DNA from: Klebsormidium nitens | Taxonomy: Eukaryota; Plantae; Klebsormidiophyceae | Assembly (NCBI GenBank): GCA_000708835.1 | Contig: DF237022.1 | Span: 1 to 64,000, forward strand | Length of the DNA: 64,000 bases | Direction of reading: 5' to 3' | Part shown: positions 1-12,625 of the stretch, in pieces | Numbering within the stretch: the stretch's first letter is position 1 | Layout: the number at the start of each line of letters is the position of its first letter | Made by a program: the position numbers and the translations under genes | The notes under the pieces: generated by a model | Databases searched by the model: none | What the model saw: the letters and a program-made list of their open reading frames with translations, nothing else | What the model was told of the DNA's origin: nothing

Positions 1-1958
1 CGATTCGGTGAACCACAGAAACCAGATGCCATAAATTTCCTCAATCTCCTGCCATTCATTTATGTCACGTGTAGGCACGGACGTTCGAGCCCCGGTCCAT
101 CAATTTCGCCGGCAATCAATGCACGTTCCAACACAAGGAGCGTCCGAGCTATCGTGTTATCGAGTGCAACCGTTTTTGCCATCCAAGTCGGATGCGGCGA
201 GGCAATCAGGGGTGAGACGGTTGTGAGAGTGCCCCACTGAACCACCAAAAATATCATCCTTTGAGCGCGGATCAGCCAGAATTTTAGCGCGTAAAAAAAG
301 CTTCCGGATCTTAGCCACCAGCAAAGCTTTGTCGCCCCGCTTTTCAGGTTCTTCTGGGACGGAATCTCTTGGCGCCACTTTCTATTCAACCGTCATGAAG
401 AAGCAGCCCAAGCTCATGCGCCTCATTCCGTTTCCGTTCCGTTTCAGTTCCCTTTGAGTTCCGTTCACGCTCTCTTCCATCTTCGATTGTCCGTGTGTCC
501 TCTGCTCTTCTTCGTTGCTTTGTTCCGTTCCAGAGTTGCCTCCTAAACGGTATACAGCTCAGGCGGAACGGCCCCTCAGGGCGCCGAATGATGCTTTCAA
601 GACGGAAACTTCAGCAGCAACGTACGTCAGCATGACGCGCGCGCAATCTTGGAGCGTTAGCAGTGTTCAGGACCGAAACACTCGAAGTGCCACGTGAAAG
701 AATAAATTAGGTCGACAATTGGAGCGGCAGTGGAGTTGGTGACGTCAGCCAGAGATCGGTGGGAACAGAACCCACATGAAATCGCAGAACAGAAAAAGTG
801 CGCCCAGGAAAATCGAAGTGAGGGAGGGTGAGGGATACAGGGCAAGAGGGCGGAGGAGGACCCTGAAACAAACTGCCCGGTATATGGCCCATAAGCTAGA
901 TCTCTAAAATAGGTAGACTCAGCTAGCAGGATCGCATTCAGTGTCCTGACGGCTAGGTTGATGATCGATCGGGTGGATAATTTGCACGTGACCGGGGCCG
1001 ATTGACAGATAATACGATCAATGCATATTGCAATCTCTGAGCCGAAAATATGGTCGTACCTGACCCTCTTTGCCGTTTGCAAAAATCATTGCCGTTTTTT
1101 ATGATGGTTCACGAAAGAATAGTAATCGATCGAGCGGCACAAGGTGCATGGGCTACCACCATGGTTACCTTATGGTTCTCGATATCAGAAAGCCCAAATC
1201 GATCCGATGCATTGGCCTATAGCCGCGTACTAGCAATCGTAATCAGCCCATGTAACGTAATCAGCCCAACCAATCAAGAGGGGCAGAATCTTGGCTGTAG
1301 GGCTGTCTGTCTGGAGACAGACTGTCTCCCAAACATACATCCTTCGATAGGGCCCTGCAATTCGTTGATAAACGCAATTTTGGCTTGTCCCTTAGACCAT
1401 CTAGGAGTTACTCAACCGCTGTTGGCTACGGGACGAGCTTCTGATCAACCCCGCTTCCAATCTCTAATTGACAAAAAGGGCGATTGTCCTTTCTTACAAC
1501 ACGACCGCTTCGACTCTCCGCCCAGGTTATTGACTGACTAGTAGCAGCTTCTTGTTAGCTGGGGCAACCTTTGTACAACGGTAGCATGATATGCAGCTTA
1601 AGTGTTTCGGGAACGCCGCCACCTGGAAAGGTTCTCGTACGCCGCCCGTGTTCTGTTTGAGCGAGCCGCCTGAAGATCCAACCAAAGTCTCTACTTTATT
1701 GAGCGGCGTCCCAACGAACGAATGTCCTTTTCAACGCGGCCACGCGCAGAACTAGGCGTGATTGTGGCTTAGCAAGGACGTCCGGGTCCGGCTCTCCGGC
1801 AAACGCTTTTCCGGTAACTGGTGAGAGCTTTCTCCCGCACTTCATTTGACAACGACGACGTCATAGGGCATATGCTGCAAGCCCTTTACAACGAACCTCA
1901 CAAACTGCAACGCTATCACTGGCCGGTGCAGACTAGGGACACCCCCTTGGCGGTGTGC

Positions 1959-4900
1959 TTAATCTGGCGACACTCCACGACCGAGGTTGAGAGCTGCTTG
2001 CGGCGAGTTTGGGTTGGCAAGGAAGCGGTCCCCAACGCTCTCGGTAGTGACGTCGTGGCCTCGAAGCGCGGCTGCGCAGAACAGTAGCTGTGCGTCAGCC
2101 TGACATTCGAAGTGGACTAACGGGTGTTCTAGCTTCATTAGTTATGGAAGCACAAACGACAAGAATGCGCGCTAGTAAGTCTCCAGCCGAAGAAACGGTT
2201 GATAAATGTTGTCCAAAGCTTTTGAAGCACGGACTGACTCAACGGCCAACGAGAAAGCGAATCTAGGTATGAAGGGGGCAAAACAAGTCATGAAGCGCAG
2301 AGCTAAGGGGCTGCCAAGGATCCATCTAATGTCGAAGATTCAGGCGGATCATCCCACTCAAAAAGATCAAGCCAGGACATGCGTGGTTTAATTGACGACT
2401 TTTCATATTGCAGGGAGTCCGTCTCACTTCGGAAAGAACCGGTAGTACAAGCAGTGGGAGACAAGCTCGTAAAGTTGACCGTGCATTTTGATGAACTCAC
2501 CAGGTCGAATTTGGTGTAGCTGCAGTCGGGCGCCGTAAGGCTGGAGGTCTCGTAGTCTTCTTCCGTCCCCTCCACGTACTCGCGGTGGTTGAAGCCCTCG
2601 AGTGTGCCCATCGCGAGGCGCTCTTCCACCGCACCGGGCGCGTACATCTGACCCAACACCTGGCGAAAGAAATAGAATCAGTACTGAAGAAGTGAAGCCC
2701 AATTTGGAAACAAGTCTTACACAAACGCACTAGCGTGAGTGTACACAAACGCACTAGCGTGAGTGTAAAGAGCGACCGCACAGCGCGCTCGTTTGCAAGA
2801 CGGGTGCCTCTCTCGGTCCTTGTCCTTTGAGCGTGAAAAGGTGCCATTTGCAAGTGGTGCTGACGTAAGGCTGTCGTCACCGACGCGGAGAAGGCAGGCT
2901 CTCCAACGGACAGCTAACCTGTATGCTGTCAATTGACCTGAGCGCATTCGACCCAGAAGGTTTCTGACACGGCGGCAGACCCAGTCAAAGAAGCGTAAAT
3001 CGTGGGGTACGTTTTGCAAGCGCCAGAAGCTTGACCACTCAACCCTGGTCAAACTTGAATGGCTAAGCTCGATCATGAGCCGCTAGGCATCGCACTTGAC
3101 GCTGGGTCCTTTCGAACGGTCTGGTTGCTTCTTTCGAAAAGAAGGACACCATTTGTGAGTCTGTTTATCGGCAGTAGCCAGGTTGAAGTTGGTTGCATCA
3201 GGGGCAGCCTGACTGTGAAACGGGAAAAGGGTTTCTTGGGCTGGCAGACAGCAACTCCACGTTGAAAGTTTCTGGCGTCGACATACCGTTTCGTAACATG
3301 CTGAAGCAACCTGACTTTGAAACCTTCCACAATTCAAAACAAACAGTATGCATATATAGGCCATCATCAAAAAAGACTTCACACCGGAGTCGTTTGTAGC
3401 TCACCCCATGGACACGTGGGCTGGTGACGATCTTCTTGAGGTCGAAGTTGAGAAAGTGGATGCCGTCTTTATCGGTGGTCAGCTCCATCTCTAGAAGGCC
3501 CGCGATCGTCACGGTCAGCTGGGCGATGACGTCAGCGGAGCGGTGCACGGCTGCCACGCCATCCGGGCTCTTCCACGCCGTCAATGTGTCCTGCAAAGAT
3601 AGGCATATACTTATCGCTGGATCATCTGAGTGCTTGGAAAAAGCGAATATAATAGGAGCCGTCTTAAGATTGACGGAAAGGTTAAGAATGGAGCCTGCTC
3701 AACGCGAAGCCTTTGCAAGAGCTCAGACTTTGGCAACAGCACCAGTCCTGGAGTAGAAGATCGGAACTGCAAAAGAGTAAAAACGGAAGGATCGGATGCT
3801 CATCACTGGACACTCTTACTTGATGTTGATCTGGCGACTCGCAGATTTTTGGAGTCAAGAAAGCCAGCACAAAATCCACGTAGGTTTCCGCCAAACGAAC
3901 GGGCTCCACATGATGCAAGGAAGAGACGCTTGAGATCCGGAGCCTCACAATGGCTTCAGTGACGTCATCTTCCCCGAACGTAACAACGAAAGGGTGTTTC
4001 CCCGCATCAGCCAGTAACTGGTCCAGGACGATGCTGATGCTTTTGCGGGAGCCCGAGGAGCTTAAATACGTCAGCCCGATGGCGTCCATCCACGTCAGCC
4101 CGGGCTGCTGGTCGTCGCCCTTCATTCGAACGTTGAACTGCGCAGGAAAGGCAAGCAGGTTGTTCTTTTTTGTTCAGCTACCAATTCGCCACTCGTGTTG
4201 TGCAACATTGACAGGCTATTCAACGGCACATATCCTCAACGTGAGTCAAGGATCTAAGTCAGCGTTTTTGGGACCAGGTAAACGAGCAAACATGCAGTGC
4301 TCACTTGATGACCCTGCTCACTTCGAATCGTTACAGGCGAATGAGGCTGCTCGATGCGTCTGCTTTGTCAACACCAGATCTAGCGCATTTTAACCTGTAC
4401 TTGTTCACAGGGGGGATGTTCCTTTTCTGAGCCTTTATAAAGGCGCCCTGGTAGGTTCTTGAGTTCTGGAGCCTGTAAGCGCAACAATCTCCCAACTTTA
4501 TGAAGGTACGCGAAGGTTTAACACAATAGGTTCAGTTAACTTGGCATGTCGGTAGAGGTTAATCATTCTTTCAAGATCAGCTCAGCAGGCAGATGAAAAA
4601 TCTAGATTTTGTTTACCTTGACTTGGTCTTTTACATATGCTGTTGCATATATGTAAGATTTTTTATGTTCACTATCATAGACCCTGAAAGGACTCGGTTG
4701 ACGCTTTGAGAAGGTCGGTACTGTGCTCAAAGCGGAAGAAGCACTCCTGAACACCCACCTGGATTGCGATTCTGTCAACATACAGTAGAAATTTCCCACA
4801 GCTCCCATGAAATCAAAGAACAATTCCTCAGTCCGGTTTGCGGCGGGAATTGCCACGGACAAGTGAGGGTCACCGCCCCCGGACCCAGCAGGTAGTCTTA

Positions 4901-6028
4901 GTGTCCCTGCAGCACAGGTCAGCAAAAAGCTAGTGCTAATCAGTCCACTGACAACACACCAGTTCCAACTTCCTAAGTTGTCATGATTGCGTCCTTCTTG
5001 TTGTCTAGGTCTATGACATGCCTTCTAGGCTTGTGCTGCAAGGCGCCATGTTTGACTTCGTTTGAACTTCAGCAGGAAACGGCAACAAAGCAAGAGTTAT
5101 GCTTCCAGTACTAGCGGAGATGGATCCTCAGACCCCAAACCAATACAAAAGGCCAAGAAAAGATGAGCAGAACCGAAAGAAGTGTTGTGGGTAATCCATT
5201 CAAGGTGCTGTAGCATTCGTGACTTTGCTTTAAAACCTATCAATGCAACCTGTTGGGTCTTCTGTTGATTAGCTAGCACTGACACGAGCCCGCACAGTGA
5301 ACAGCCAAGGTACCACGTCCCAACTAGATGTCCAAACCTGTAGTCTGCTTGTTGTTGACCCCGCATCTGTAAAGGCAGCTCACTAATGGGCCTTGAGCTT
5401 TGCAGCGGTAGGCACATTGATCAAGGGCGATGCACCACACTGCTTGCCCGATCAAGACCCTTTACTAAGGACTCTTTCCGACATGTATTTTTAAGCAAGA
5501 AAAATAGAAGAGTTTCCTAGGCGGGTAGTCAGCTTGCTTGCATGGCTCACCCATGTTGCACCGTGCCTGTGCACCACCTCCCCCGGTGCCAGTGTAAAAA
5601 TTTGAAGAGACAGCGACCTGGAAGTACTCAGACTGCGAGCACTCCGCGTTGCTAATGATATAGCAGGAAGCAATATTTTGGACTTGGTAGTTCCAAGCAT
5701 CGCAAGCGGGGTCCGCCTGACAATTATTGCAGCACTCCGCCGGCGTGCCCCCCTGGGAGACTAGAGAGCCGAAGACGATTAAGGGATCAATAGCACCAAG
5801 CAAGATGGCCCCGGACGCGGTCGTTGAGGCGGTGCTGCAGTCTGTTAGCGCGGGGCTGGGACCACAAAGGGGTGCATTGATATCTGGCTGATTCGCACAT
5901 GCGTCCAACTGCATCTGAGCTGAAACAGGTAGAGCAATCAGCAGCACCGCGATTATAAGCACAAGGCTGGCGCAGCCGATGAGCTGCTGGGGTCTGGGAC
6001 TGCGGGGCAAAGCGCTCCTGGAAGCCAT
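1959..6028 (-). CDS. Secreted protein with signal peptide, PAN/apple-like Cys module and root-cap/LEA-family (VWD-like) domain (copy A); possible 1-nt frameshift. Exons approx 6028-5551, 4906-4759, 4137-3949, 3590-3405, 2659-2501, 2087-1959
   Basis: The N-terminus is hydrophobic (LVLIIAVLLIALPVSA). PAN-like CCNNCQADPACDAWN..CY follows, then the VWD-type GDPHL...FFDFMG..NFYCML, then LTWMDAIG and HFLNF...VHGVLGQMY...EDYETSSLTAPDCSYTKF, which matches the root-cap family C-terminal motif (EGVLG.TY...EDKY.TSSL.SP.C...RF). GT-AG junctions are phase-compatible except 4759/4137. The frame of the last exon is uncertain. Confidence 0.7.
2718..2765. repeat. Perfect 24-bp tandem duplication (intronic)
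   Basis: TACACAAACGCACTAGCGTGAGTG occurs twice in tandem. Confidence 0.95.
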
Positions 6029-7584
6029 GACATTTATATTGAGGGCGCGGCGCATGTAAAGATGTTCGCAACTCCTTGTCAAAATCCTTCAGGGATGGTG
6101 GGAAGGAGCGCAAATCCTGAGTGTGTCATAGCGGCCGAGCTTCCTGATTCAAGGAGGCAAGACTTTAGCTAGCAAGCTAGCTTCCCTTCCATTGCACCAA
6201 TACGTCTACATCCTTGTTGCTAGTGTTGCGGCCTCTTGTTCCTCTTGTGTGCAGTGCCTGAAATATCTGAATTGAAAATATTGTTTTGTAGGGGCTTTGA
6301 CGTTTGTGGTCTGTGGACGGTAGGCTTGGCAGCCCTGCATCAATTGGTTCCAACGATACGGTTTTTGGTGATCTGGCAACTTGAAAGGCCTGCAGGCAGC
6401 CAGGGGCCTGCAGGCTGCACGAAGTACCTATTCTTGTACGACGGGACGCTGAAGTCTAGCCCGTCTCGAGGAGTTTTCTCGTCTCTCCGTCTCCTGAAGG
6501 TGGCGTTCGGAGTCACACATGATCAGTGACCAAAAGTTAAACATGAGTGCCTGGATTGCATCATGGTCTCAGGTCTGTCTTGTTTTCTTTGTTTTGGGAA
6601 AGATTTGATCATCAATGATTGCATCATGGGCCCGCATTTTTGGGACTCGGCCGGGGAGTCTGTCGGACTCTGTCCGTAGCGGCAAGCTAACGCCCCATCA
6701 TCCATGTAACTTGTAAGGGTTAAAGCCTAAAGGTCCTTTTGAAGCCAACCCCCTATGTTCAGTCCAGTCGATTCTCGATCGAGCCCCTAGCTCGGGACCC
6801 AAACGGCCAAGCCCTCCCCCCCCTCCCGGCCTGCCTCTAGCTCAAAGATAGGCGGAGCCCCCCCCCTCCCGCTATGTTATAGTATTTATTAATTGCATTC
6901 GCCGTAGTTTGGCCGTAAAAATATCCTTTTTACAGCAAATTATTGTACAATATTCCAAATTAAAGCCTGCGGCTCGAAGCTCTACCCCCCCCCCTCCCTC
7001 CCGCTGCCCACTCTGTACGTGGCAAACCCCCAGCCCCCATCCTCTGAACAGAACATGATATACCGGTAGCCGGGGCCGGGTCACCTTGAAATTGAACTCA
7101 CCCTAACCTGACCGCGTGCTGTTGAGTCATCGTAGCTACGGTAGTTACTTGCTCGCGTCCGTTCAGCTTCGGATCAATCACAACCCTATATCCTTTCCTA
7201 CACCTCCCGAGTCCCCCCCCGGCGGCCAAACTAATAAAGGCCGGCGCGACCGGACTAGCTTGGCTGTGGCCGGCCCTTCTGCGGTGTTCTAACTTCTGCC
7301 CCTGTTTCCAGGTCTGCAGTTTGGCCGGGCGGGGCTGGGCGCCAGTCAGAGGCCCAAAGCCCCCCGGGCCCACACTTGGTGGCTCCCCCCTTTTCCGGAG
7401 CTAGCAGTACTTGCGGTCCCCGAGTCCACCGACGAGTCTCCGAGTCCCAGGCGCTCCGGTCGATCCCACCCGTGTCTTTTGAAATACCGGGTACCGTAGT
7501 CTTTTTCCGTACCCACCACAGTGCCACCAGCTTGCATGAGCTCTGCCAATCACAGGATGAAGACATAGGTACCTATCCGCAACG

Positions 7585-8090
7585 TGTGCACTGCCACAGT
7601 GACTGCCACAGTGCCAGTGCCGCAAAAGGGACAATCTTACACGATTATATTAGTGTCTCCGGTCGATCTGTCAGAGTAAATACTCGCACAGGGCGTCAAT
7701 CTGTGCAGGCATTGGTTAATGCTCTGACATGTGTCAGAGTGATCTGTTTGCTTGGATGCGGGACTCCGGTCCTCTTTGACCGGGTACCGGCATGGTACCG
7801 AGCTACTTCCCGGGGAACTCTCAGTTTTCCCGGTGACACTGCACATTGCACAGTCACTGCCCTTTCAGTCACAGTCGCAGTTACAGTCACAGCCTAGGTA
7901 CCTAGGCAGTGTCCAGTGTCAAGAGTCACAGTACCTATGAGTCACAATTGGTTTCCGGCAGGTTAAAAACGCCACTGTTTACGAACACTCTTAAGGTAGT
8001 GCTCTGTCTCAGCTTCAGTCACAGTCACAGTCTCAACCACAGTCACAGTGTCAATAATAAAATCAAAGTTACAGTCACAGTCACTGGATA
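7585..8090. repeat. Degenerate CACAGT/CAGTCA hexamer satellite-like tract
   Basis: Many copies, e.g. CAGTCACAGTCGCAGTTACAGTCACAG at about 7866-7892 and CAGTCACAGTCACAGTC at about 8016-8032. Confidence 0.75.
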
Positions 8091-8907
8091 ACCGTATTAG
8101 GTAGCTTAAAAAGATTCAAACCTGATTGACACTGGGTTTGGCTGTCGTCCAGCAGCCAGCTACCCGGCGATAACAAGTGCCTGGATGACCGCTGTGCAGG
8201 TGTGGTACCTACCGGCCAGCTTCATAGATCTATCATCTGTTCATTAAAATGGTCGCGGCACGGGAGGGTGTTAACACAGAAGAATTTCCGGAGACACTAA
8301 AATAATAGTGTACTTTGTCCTACTTGCGCCAGTGCCAAGTGGCCAGCGAGAACTCGAAGCGGCATGGCCGCCAATGTGCACATTTCACGGACAATGCAGG
8401 ACAATCCTTCAAGTTACCGAAACCGACTCTGTTGTAACTAGCTAGTGCAAGATTCATGCTTCGACCCCGCTTCGACTCCTTCGGATTAAGGGTTGAAGGG
8501 TCGAGCTAGATTTTGAAGCTGTATACGACGTACATCTGTATCTAGACGGTACTTATAGGTCATACATCCAGATTCAGGCGCGTTTAGGAGGCCGCCGGCG
8601 CCAATGTGCAGAGGGCCTAATCTGAATTGAGTACGGCTACGGGCATAGGAAGGAGGACCTGCAAAACAGATGACTCTGCGTTCATCGGCGATATCTGAAG
8701 AGTTTCAACGCTAGTAGTACATGATGCGGGCGGGGAGGACGGGATCCGGGGGCGAACCGTTTGTAACCAGCTTGAAATATAGGTAAATCGGTCCAAGGGG
8801 GTCTACCTTTTCCTCATCTATGACTCTTTCTTCTGAGAAGCACACATCGTTAGGTGTCAACGTGGCCCAGGGCAGAACTGATTTCACATCACGCGCCTCG
8901 TGGTGAG

Positions 8908-10590
8908 ATGGCTTCCAGGCGCGCTCTGCAGCCGCGCAAGAGCCTTGAATCCCCGGAAAGCACTTTCAGCATTCTGGCGCTGTTCGGGCCCCTTGTTGCT
9001 CAGCTGCTGTTTGCACTGCCAATCACGGCTCAGATGCTGCTGGAAGCATGTGCGAATCAGCCACTTATTTTGACCCCTTTGTGGCCCCAGCCCCGCGCCA
9101 ACGGACTGCAGCACCGCCTCAGGAACTCGGAGGTCCTATTTTGTCGATCCGGTTACTTTCAACCTTGGCACTGATGTCACAGCTGTCCTTCAGGGGGCCA
9201 CACCAGAAGAATGCTGCGAAGTTTGTCAGAAGGACTCCTCTTGCAATACCTGGAACTCCCTTCCTAATTTCCTTCCTAATTTAAGTTGCCGTGTGATCAG
9301 AAGCTTGGAGTGCTCCCTGAATACATATATCAAAGTCATTGACCAAGACGAAGATGTGTACTCCGGCACCGGGGGAAGCGGTGCACAGGCACGGTGCAGC
9401 ATGGGTAGGACAAGCCCAGACTACCCAACTCGTCTGATTTGTCTTCTTTAAAGAATTATTTTGAAAAATGTACCTGGTTAGAAACCATTCAGGTAACAAG
9501 TATGGTGCTTTGGATTTGATTTACCTACCGCTGTAAAGTCAAGGTCCATTAGATCCTCATTAGATGAGCTGCCTTTTACGGATCCGGCGTGGTCAACAAC
9601 AATCCGTCAATTGGTTTGGGCATCTAGTTGGGTCTTGGTATCCTGGCGGGATGTGGGCTGTTCAGTGTGCAGGCTCGTGTCACTGCTAGCTGGTTTCATA
9701 GACCGAAGAGGTTGCATCATGTGTTTGCCACGTGTTGGGTCAGATGTACGCTCCCGATGCGGTGCAAGAGCGCCTCGCGATGGGCACGCTCGATGGCTTC
9801 AACCACCGCGAGTACGTGGAGGGGACGGAGGAAGACTACGAGACCTCCAGCCTGACGTCGCCCGACTGCAGCTACACCCAATTCGACATGGTCGGTAGTA
9901 TAAGACGGCGTGGAACACGTCAATCTTCTTTCCCCATTAATCGTTCTAAAAGGTTCTTTTTGGATTGAGGTGGACCTGGGTCCTCGCCGTAAAAACTTCG
10001 GTTGAACCATGCAAGTCCTCGCTTCAGAGTTATGCCAAGTAGAAAGTAGTCAAGAGTTGCTTTCGTTGCTGGAGTGGACCAGTGGACTCCCTCGGGTTCA
10101 TTGCGAGAACCACTTGAATGGTCCGCCTCCATCTTCGTCATTAGATGGATCCTTTGAATCGCGGTAACTCTGCGCTTCGTGGATTTTGGTGAGGCCTTTT
10201 ACGCCCCTTCCTCCGTATTACCTGGATTCATTTTCTGGTTGGCCGTTGAATGAGTCCGTGCTTCAAAAGCTTTGGACGATACTTATCGACGAGGCTGTGC
10301 CTTTCTCCCTTGCTAAGTAGCGCGCACTTATATTGTCATTGCATGTGCTTCAGACGACTGCGTAGCTAATACAGCTAGTACTCCGTTTTCGAAGTCAGGC
10401 CGGAACTAAATCTGCTGACGCACAGCTACTGTTCCTTCGCAGCCGCGCCTCGAAGCCACGACGTCACTGCCGAGAGCATTGGGAATCGCTTCGCTGCCAA
10501 CCCAAACTCGCCGCAAGAAGCTCTCAACTTCGGTCGTGGAGTGTCGCCAGATGAAGCACACTTCCAAAGGAGTGTCCCTCGTCTGCACCG
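8908..10590 (+). pseudogene. Inverted paralog (copy B) of the PAN/root-cap gene, probably pseudogenised
   Basis: It has the same ATGGCTTCCAGG start as copy A. A 2-nt deletion near 9062-9071 puts TGA directly before the conserved PLCGPSP..DCSTAS..CCEVCQKDSSCNTWN frame. The exons encoding the GDPH/VWD core are missing: intron-1 homology jumps straight to the VLGQMY exon. That exon's acceptor reads CAC rather than CAG (about 9729-9731). The last exon has a 1-nt indel relative to copy A. Confidence 0.75.
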
Positions 10591-12625
10591 GCTAGTAGCG
10601 CGGCAGTTGATTTTGAAGAGCGCGCGCAACGCATGCCTTATGACGTTGTTGATAACTAGAGTGCGGGAAAACGGTCTCGACGGCTGAAGGAAGAGCCTCC
10701 GAACCCGGACGTCCGTGCATCTAGTAGCTGCAGTGGGCTGCAGTGGCTGATGTTCAGTGAAGCCTAGTGACGCCAGTCGATCTGAGTTGGCAGCGTCTAA
10801 AAGGACAAATGTTCGTTGGACACCGGACTGCAAAGGAGACCCTTTGAATGGCGCTTTAGGCCGCTCATCGGGTGGTAAATATCGAGTTGTTTGTGTAAGA
10901 GGAATGCTCGAGTGGCCGTTAGATATGCCAGAAAAGTTAGCTGCCGCTCATGCTATCGAGAGTGAAGGTCGCCGAGAAACTGGAAGCTGTTACCAAGAGA
11001 GTGGCCGCAGAGTTGCACCTCTCGTGCTTGCGCCAAGCAAGAAGGTCAAGCTCGCTCAGAGAACGATCGTCGGTCGGTCAAAAGTGTGATTAACAGTAGC
11101 TAGCTCGTCTTTTCAAGCAGGTTCTTTAAATCAGAGTTTCAGGTCTTCAACTCTTGTAAACTGTAAGATCACCAGGTAGCTCCGTTGGATTCATAAGCGA
11201 ATTCAATAAGAAGCGAACGACGTCGCGATGCATGCGGTTGCAGAAGCGCCATGCAACTTTTGAGATTTTAACCCGTGTTCGATGCGAAAACGTGCAGTAT
11301 AAAAGCCCTTCATCAGTAAGATCATGTAGCTGAAGCCACCGCCTCTCAATCGGACCGTAGAGCGGCGCAGATCTGAATCCACGATTTTGGCCGCGACGTT
11401 CTTGCAGCGGGCTTGGAAATCCTGTTTTGCTTAATCTCCTTGAACGGCCGCAATACTACCACGTAGCGTCACCAGTCTATGATCAGCAGCTACCAGGCTA
11501 GCTCTCAGATTGTGCGCGCTCGCGACTGCGGCGCTGCCACGTGACGCGGTGATTGATTACGCTGTGACGTACCTCAACACGGACGAGTAAAGGTAAAAGC
11601 TAGATTCAATCGGTTGTCTTCATCTGTACATGCTTGGTCTCGAACTTCATAAGTTTCCGCTGTCCGAATAGGCTTGAAATTATCCGCTCACAAACCCCTT
11701 TTGGAGCCTGAGGCCCAACCCCCGACGCGGCGGCGCCCCTTTGGGGCCGTAAAGCTGAGCATGCCATGCTGATAGCGCATCGGGGATTGGTATCCATGCA
11801 TGAAATGATGGCCGTTCAACCAATAAAGTGTAGGACTTTAGTTCGCGGATGCCGAGCGGACAAAGAATGCAGTTAGTGTTTCGGGTCCCCTGACGTGTTC
11901 GAATGATCGTCGAACTAAGAAGGTGAAATACTTGAGTCGCGGCCACACGTGACCCAAGTGAGCAGAATCCCGTTGAGTACTGGGCTTCCGTAACGTTCAA
12001 TATGTTGCGATATGAATGCCATCAACCTTTTTTAAAAACCGTGACTGAGCAAATCAAGACAAGAGGCTTCGAACCTTTGAGAACACATCTGCTGGGCGTC
12101 AGACTTAGTGCTTCGACGGCTCCATAATCCTCCGAAGAGCCCACAGATGTACTTTGAACTCACTCTTCTCGTATTTAGTACTGCATCTTGAAAGGTCTCT
12201 CCGGGCCTTGAGAATATAATTTAGCGCTAACCCACATCCATCATACCTATATAGTACTACGAATTGAACCCCGCAGATACACGAGCCGAAGGAGTTTCCG
12301 TTCTTTATTTCTGCAGGAAGTCCGTTTGTGATTGCCGTTACTAGCACACTACGCCTCCTATCTGCTTTTGACGTCAGCTTCGGATGCGGCGAATCGGATG
12401 AAAGCCTTGCTGCCCTCGCCATAGCCTATGCCCTCGCGGGGCCGCTATACATCTAAACCCGCTTTAGTTACCTACCTAAACTCTCTACCATTAGCCCTAT
12501 CGTATCCGCGTGCGAAAGCAATTAGACTGTCTCGATGAATGGGTCGGATGCGATCCGAATGGGCCTCCTAGATCACAGGCTCTTCGAAACCCTAAACCGT
12601 TTAGAACCCGACACGTGGCGTCCGT

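Noticed and set aside
1-700. Short ORFs at the window start (60-389, 157-378)
   Set aside because: No motifs or convincing splice structure. They could belong to a gene outside the window, but this is unsupported.
5350-5378. Putative 29-nt micro-exon of copy A (AG|ATGCGG...CAG|GT)
   Set aside because: Exon 1 joins the 4906 exon directly in phase (CNMG|TLRLP). Including it would break the frame.
7376-7897. 173-aa ORF
   Set aside because: Its openness is explained by GC-rich and hexamer-repeat sequence, and it shows no homology signal.
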